Translations under genes and position numbers: made by a program
Assembly (NCBI GenBank): GCA_041671765.1
Contig: JBAZAX010000002.1
Coordinates: 3,609-67,608 of the forward strand
Direction: 5' to 3'
Length of the DNA stretch: 64,000 nucleotides
DNA from: Candidatus Babeliales bacterium
GTDB taxonomy: Bacteria; Babelota; Babeliae; Babelales; RVW-14
The notes under the pieces: generated by a model
Told to the model about the DNA's origin: nothing
Database searches by the model: none
Seen by the model: only the letters and a program-made list of their open reading frames with translations
In this document: in pieces, positions 62,037 to 64,000 of the stretch
Layout: each line of letters starts with the position of its first letter
Numbering within the stretch: the first letter of the stretch is position 1

Positions 62037-62609
62037 TTAATTATTCCACCATGCCTTAACCCGGTTGTAGGTGTCGTTGACCCCTTGCACAAACGTATCA
62101 TGCACCTCACGTACGTTCGCCTTGAGATCCTCTCTTGCTCTATATTGCTGATATTCTTTATATTGCCTCTCAACTTCTTTATAAATATAAGCGCTACAAG
62201 CTCCTATTACAACCAAACATGCTAAAATAAGCAAAATTCTCTGGACTGATAATAGTGATGAAGTTTTATTCGAAGCTACAACATCATTGGTAAAATCCAC
62301 AGATCTCTTCGTATTTGATAAATCTGCAAATTTGGCTGCAACCAAAAACTTTTTGACTTCCTTAACGGGAATCTTGTTCAAGATAGAGTATGCAACCAGC
62401 ACTCTTATTAGTTCCTCATCTAAAACGCCAACAGATTTAGCATCCGCTACAAATTTATGAACATTTTTTAACAAATCTATTTCGTCATGCGGACCAGCCA
62501 CTTCAGAACCTATATCATCAAAAATTGACTCCTGTCCGCTACAAATAGGATAACAAGACCCTATTAGAATTAATAAAAAAACCATGTATGCGCCATTTTT
62601 GTTATTCAT
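62037..62609 (-). CDS. Hypothetical protein with signal peptide and C-proximal TM helix
   Basis: 190-aa ORF with 'MVFLLILIGSCYPICSG' and 'ILLILACLVVIGACSAYIY'. Confidence 0.5.
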   Translation of the reverse strand: MNNKNGAYMVFLLILIGSCYPICSGQESIFDDIGSEVAGPHDEIDLLKNVHKFVADAKSVGVLDEELIRVLVAYSILNKIPVKEVKKFLVAAKFADLSNTKRSVDFTNDVVASNKTSSLLSVQRILLILACLVVIGACSAYIYKEVERQYKEYQQYRAREDLKANVREVHDTFVQGVNDTYNRVKAWWNN

Positions 62610-62956
62610 AAATCATAATCCATTTTCTATCAAACTTATAAATATAAAAAAACACCTTAATTCTATATATCGTCTTGTTATTTGCAATAATTACTTGTAC
62701 AAAAAAAGATAGCTCTCAAATTGTTTACTCAATCACTTACTGTGCAATTTTTAATCTAGAAACACACCCAATTTTGGATTTCATTTTATCTCAAAAAAAT
62801 TGCAATACTGAAAACACAAAAATTGTTCTATCATTTTTAAATTTAACATGTTTGCAAAACACTATTGACAATTGGTCTACGATTAAAATACTTTCACTTA
62901 AACACTTATTAGAACCAAAAAATATATTTTGTTTATTTTATAAAGGAAAAAGTAAT

Positions 62957-64000
62957 ATGAAAAAAATAACTTTATGTATCTATTTTTGTGTATTTTCATC
63001 AATAACAATAACAAATTTTGCAGCAATAAACCATTCACAAACATCTCCAGACGCATATGCTTCTTTAGATGGCAATGAAGAAGCTTTAATTTCTAGAATG
63101 CTGGGAAATCCAATAAACTTTGAAATTAATGCTCACAACGAAACTGGAGAGCTGATAGTTCCACCTTGCTACCAACAAAATAGATTTTGCACCATCTTTC
63201 AGGCATTACATGAAAAGCTCCATAAAGAATACATCCGCCCATCTTTGTCGCACTTCCAATCAATAAAAGAATTTATCAAAAGAAATCCCGATGGCTCATT
63301 CCAAAAATATATATTTTTCACAGGTGGAGATATTACTCAATGGACATCGCATCTTATGGTAGCAAAGCAAAATCAAGAAGGTAAATTTTCTGCAATAAGA
63401 ACAATCGCCATCAATACACCAAGAGATGTAAATCCGTTGATAGATGAATCCGACTTATGGCACCCATGCGGTATGGATATTTGTGGAAATTATTTGGCAA
63501 TTCCACTGCAGCCATATAAAATTCAACAACTTAATCCAGGAATTTACAGGGGAGATCGGTTGCGAATAGTTTTTTTTGATATAAGTAATCCGGAAAACCC
63601 ACAAAGGGTTGTTGACCCTGCTCATCCAGCAAGATTTTATGTTCTTGATTTAATGGATGCCGCAGGTGGAACAATAACCTGTCCTGCAATTGCGTTTACA
63701 CGATTAATAAACAACCGCTATATAATTGCATGTCAGTACGGATACTTTGTTTCAAGAGGACAAAATATTGATTCAGGTTTTGATTTTGCGGGAAATATAA
63801 ATTTTACAAATACTACCGGATTTGCACCCAAAGATGTCGGTGAATTTCAAAATCTAAGTTTTGTTACATTAAGCGGCCAACTCTATCTTATTGGAACCGG
63901 AACCACAAGCAAACTTGCACCTGTAATTTTGGGTGAAAATATAGCTAATTTATATAAATTAAATTTAAATGTTATCAATGCAGGCCAAGCTTTTGATATT
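62957..64000 (+). CDS. Hypothetical secreted protein, 3' end outside window
   Basis: ATG 62957 after 'AAAGGAAAAAG'. I translated the frame by hand to the window end and found no stop (348 codons). Signal-like 'LCIYFCVFSSITITNFAA'. Absent from the ORF track because it has no stop. Confidence 0.6.
   Translation, partial: MKKITLCIYFCVFSSITITNFAAINHSQTSPDAYASLDGNEEALISRMLGNPINFEINAHNETGELIVPPCYQQNRFCTIFQALHEKLHKEYIRPSLSHFQSIKEFIKRNPDGSFQKYIFFTGGDITQWTSHLMVAKQNQEGKFSAIRTIAINTPRDVNPLIDESDLWHPCGMDICGNYLAIPLQPYKIQQLNPGIYRGDRLRIVFFDISNPENPQRVVDPAHPARFYVLDLMDAAGGTITCPAIAFTRLINNRYIIACQYGYFVSRGQNIDSGFDFAGNINFTNTTGFAPKDVGEFQNLSFVTLSGQLYLIGTGTTSKLAPVILGENIANLYKLNLNVINAGQAFDI

Noticed and set aside
1-64000. 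Search for transposases, integrases, phage genes, rRNA operons and defence-system hallmarks
   Set aside because: No ORF shows DDE/tyrosine-recombinase/serine-recombinase motifs, capsid or terminase-like sequences, or Cas-like features. The MazG-like and UvrD-like genes appear to be ordinary single housekeeping-type copies.

Overview
AT-rich, densely coding bacterial chromosome segment. I call about 59 protein-coding genes (two cut by the window edges) and 6 tRNA genes, all with encoded CCA. I found no rRNA, CRISPR array, transposase or integrase. Housekeeping genes are a PBP fragment, priA, a UvrD/PcrA-type helicase, clpB, mnmE, jag, kup, ndk and ffh-rpsP-KH-trmD-rplS. They are interleaved with many signal-peptide, coiled-coil and eukaryote-like ORFs. 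Together with the base composition this suggests a host-associated, amoeba-symbiont-like lineage (for example Dependentiae/TM6-like); that taxonomic guess is inference only.

Main blocks:
- 532-9828 (minus strand): mevalonate genes. These are mvk, a DUF35 protein, thiolase and HMG-CoA synthase in the archaeal-style arrangement, plus a class II HMG-CoA reductase. They are split by three eukaryote-like genes: two tandem WD40 paralogs and a PPP-family phosphatase.
- 11343-24644 (plus strand): glycoconjugate locus. It holds galE, three paralogous GT-C-like membrane proteins, an FAD oxidoreductase, an AsnB-type amidotransferase and mannose-1-P guanylyltransferase. It also carries a HAD-like/class D beta-lactamase-like fusion ORF.
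- 25477-40277: helicase, NtrY-like kinase, lone PilC/GspF, a tRNA-Arg/Ser/Ser cluster, priA and a double M16 peptidase.
- 40303-47217: a 49-aa histone-H1-like protein, a membrane-anchored Ndk, and two adjacent large coiled-coil proteins that share a C-terminal module.
- 47411-64000: clpB, a C39-like peptidase, mnmE-jag, kup, and the ffh ribosomal operon with a TrmD fused to a second SPOUT-like domain.

The most unusual signal is a family of short GC-rich modular repeats with at least 11 copies. Six of them are translated in frame inside conserved genes (mvk twice, priA, trmD, a GT-C paralog, a DUF167 protein). This resembles Rickettsia palindromic elements.
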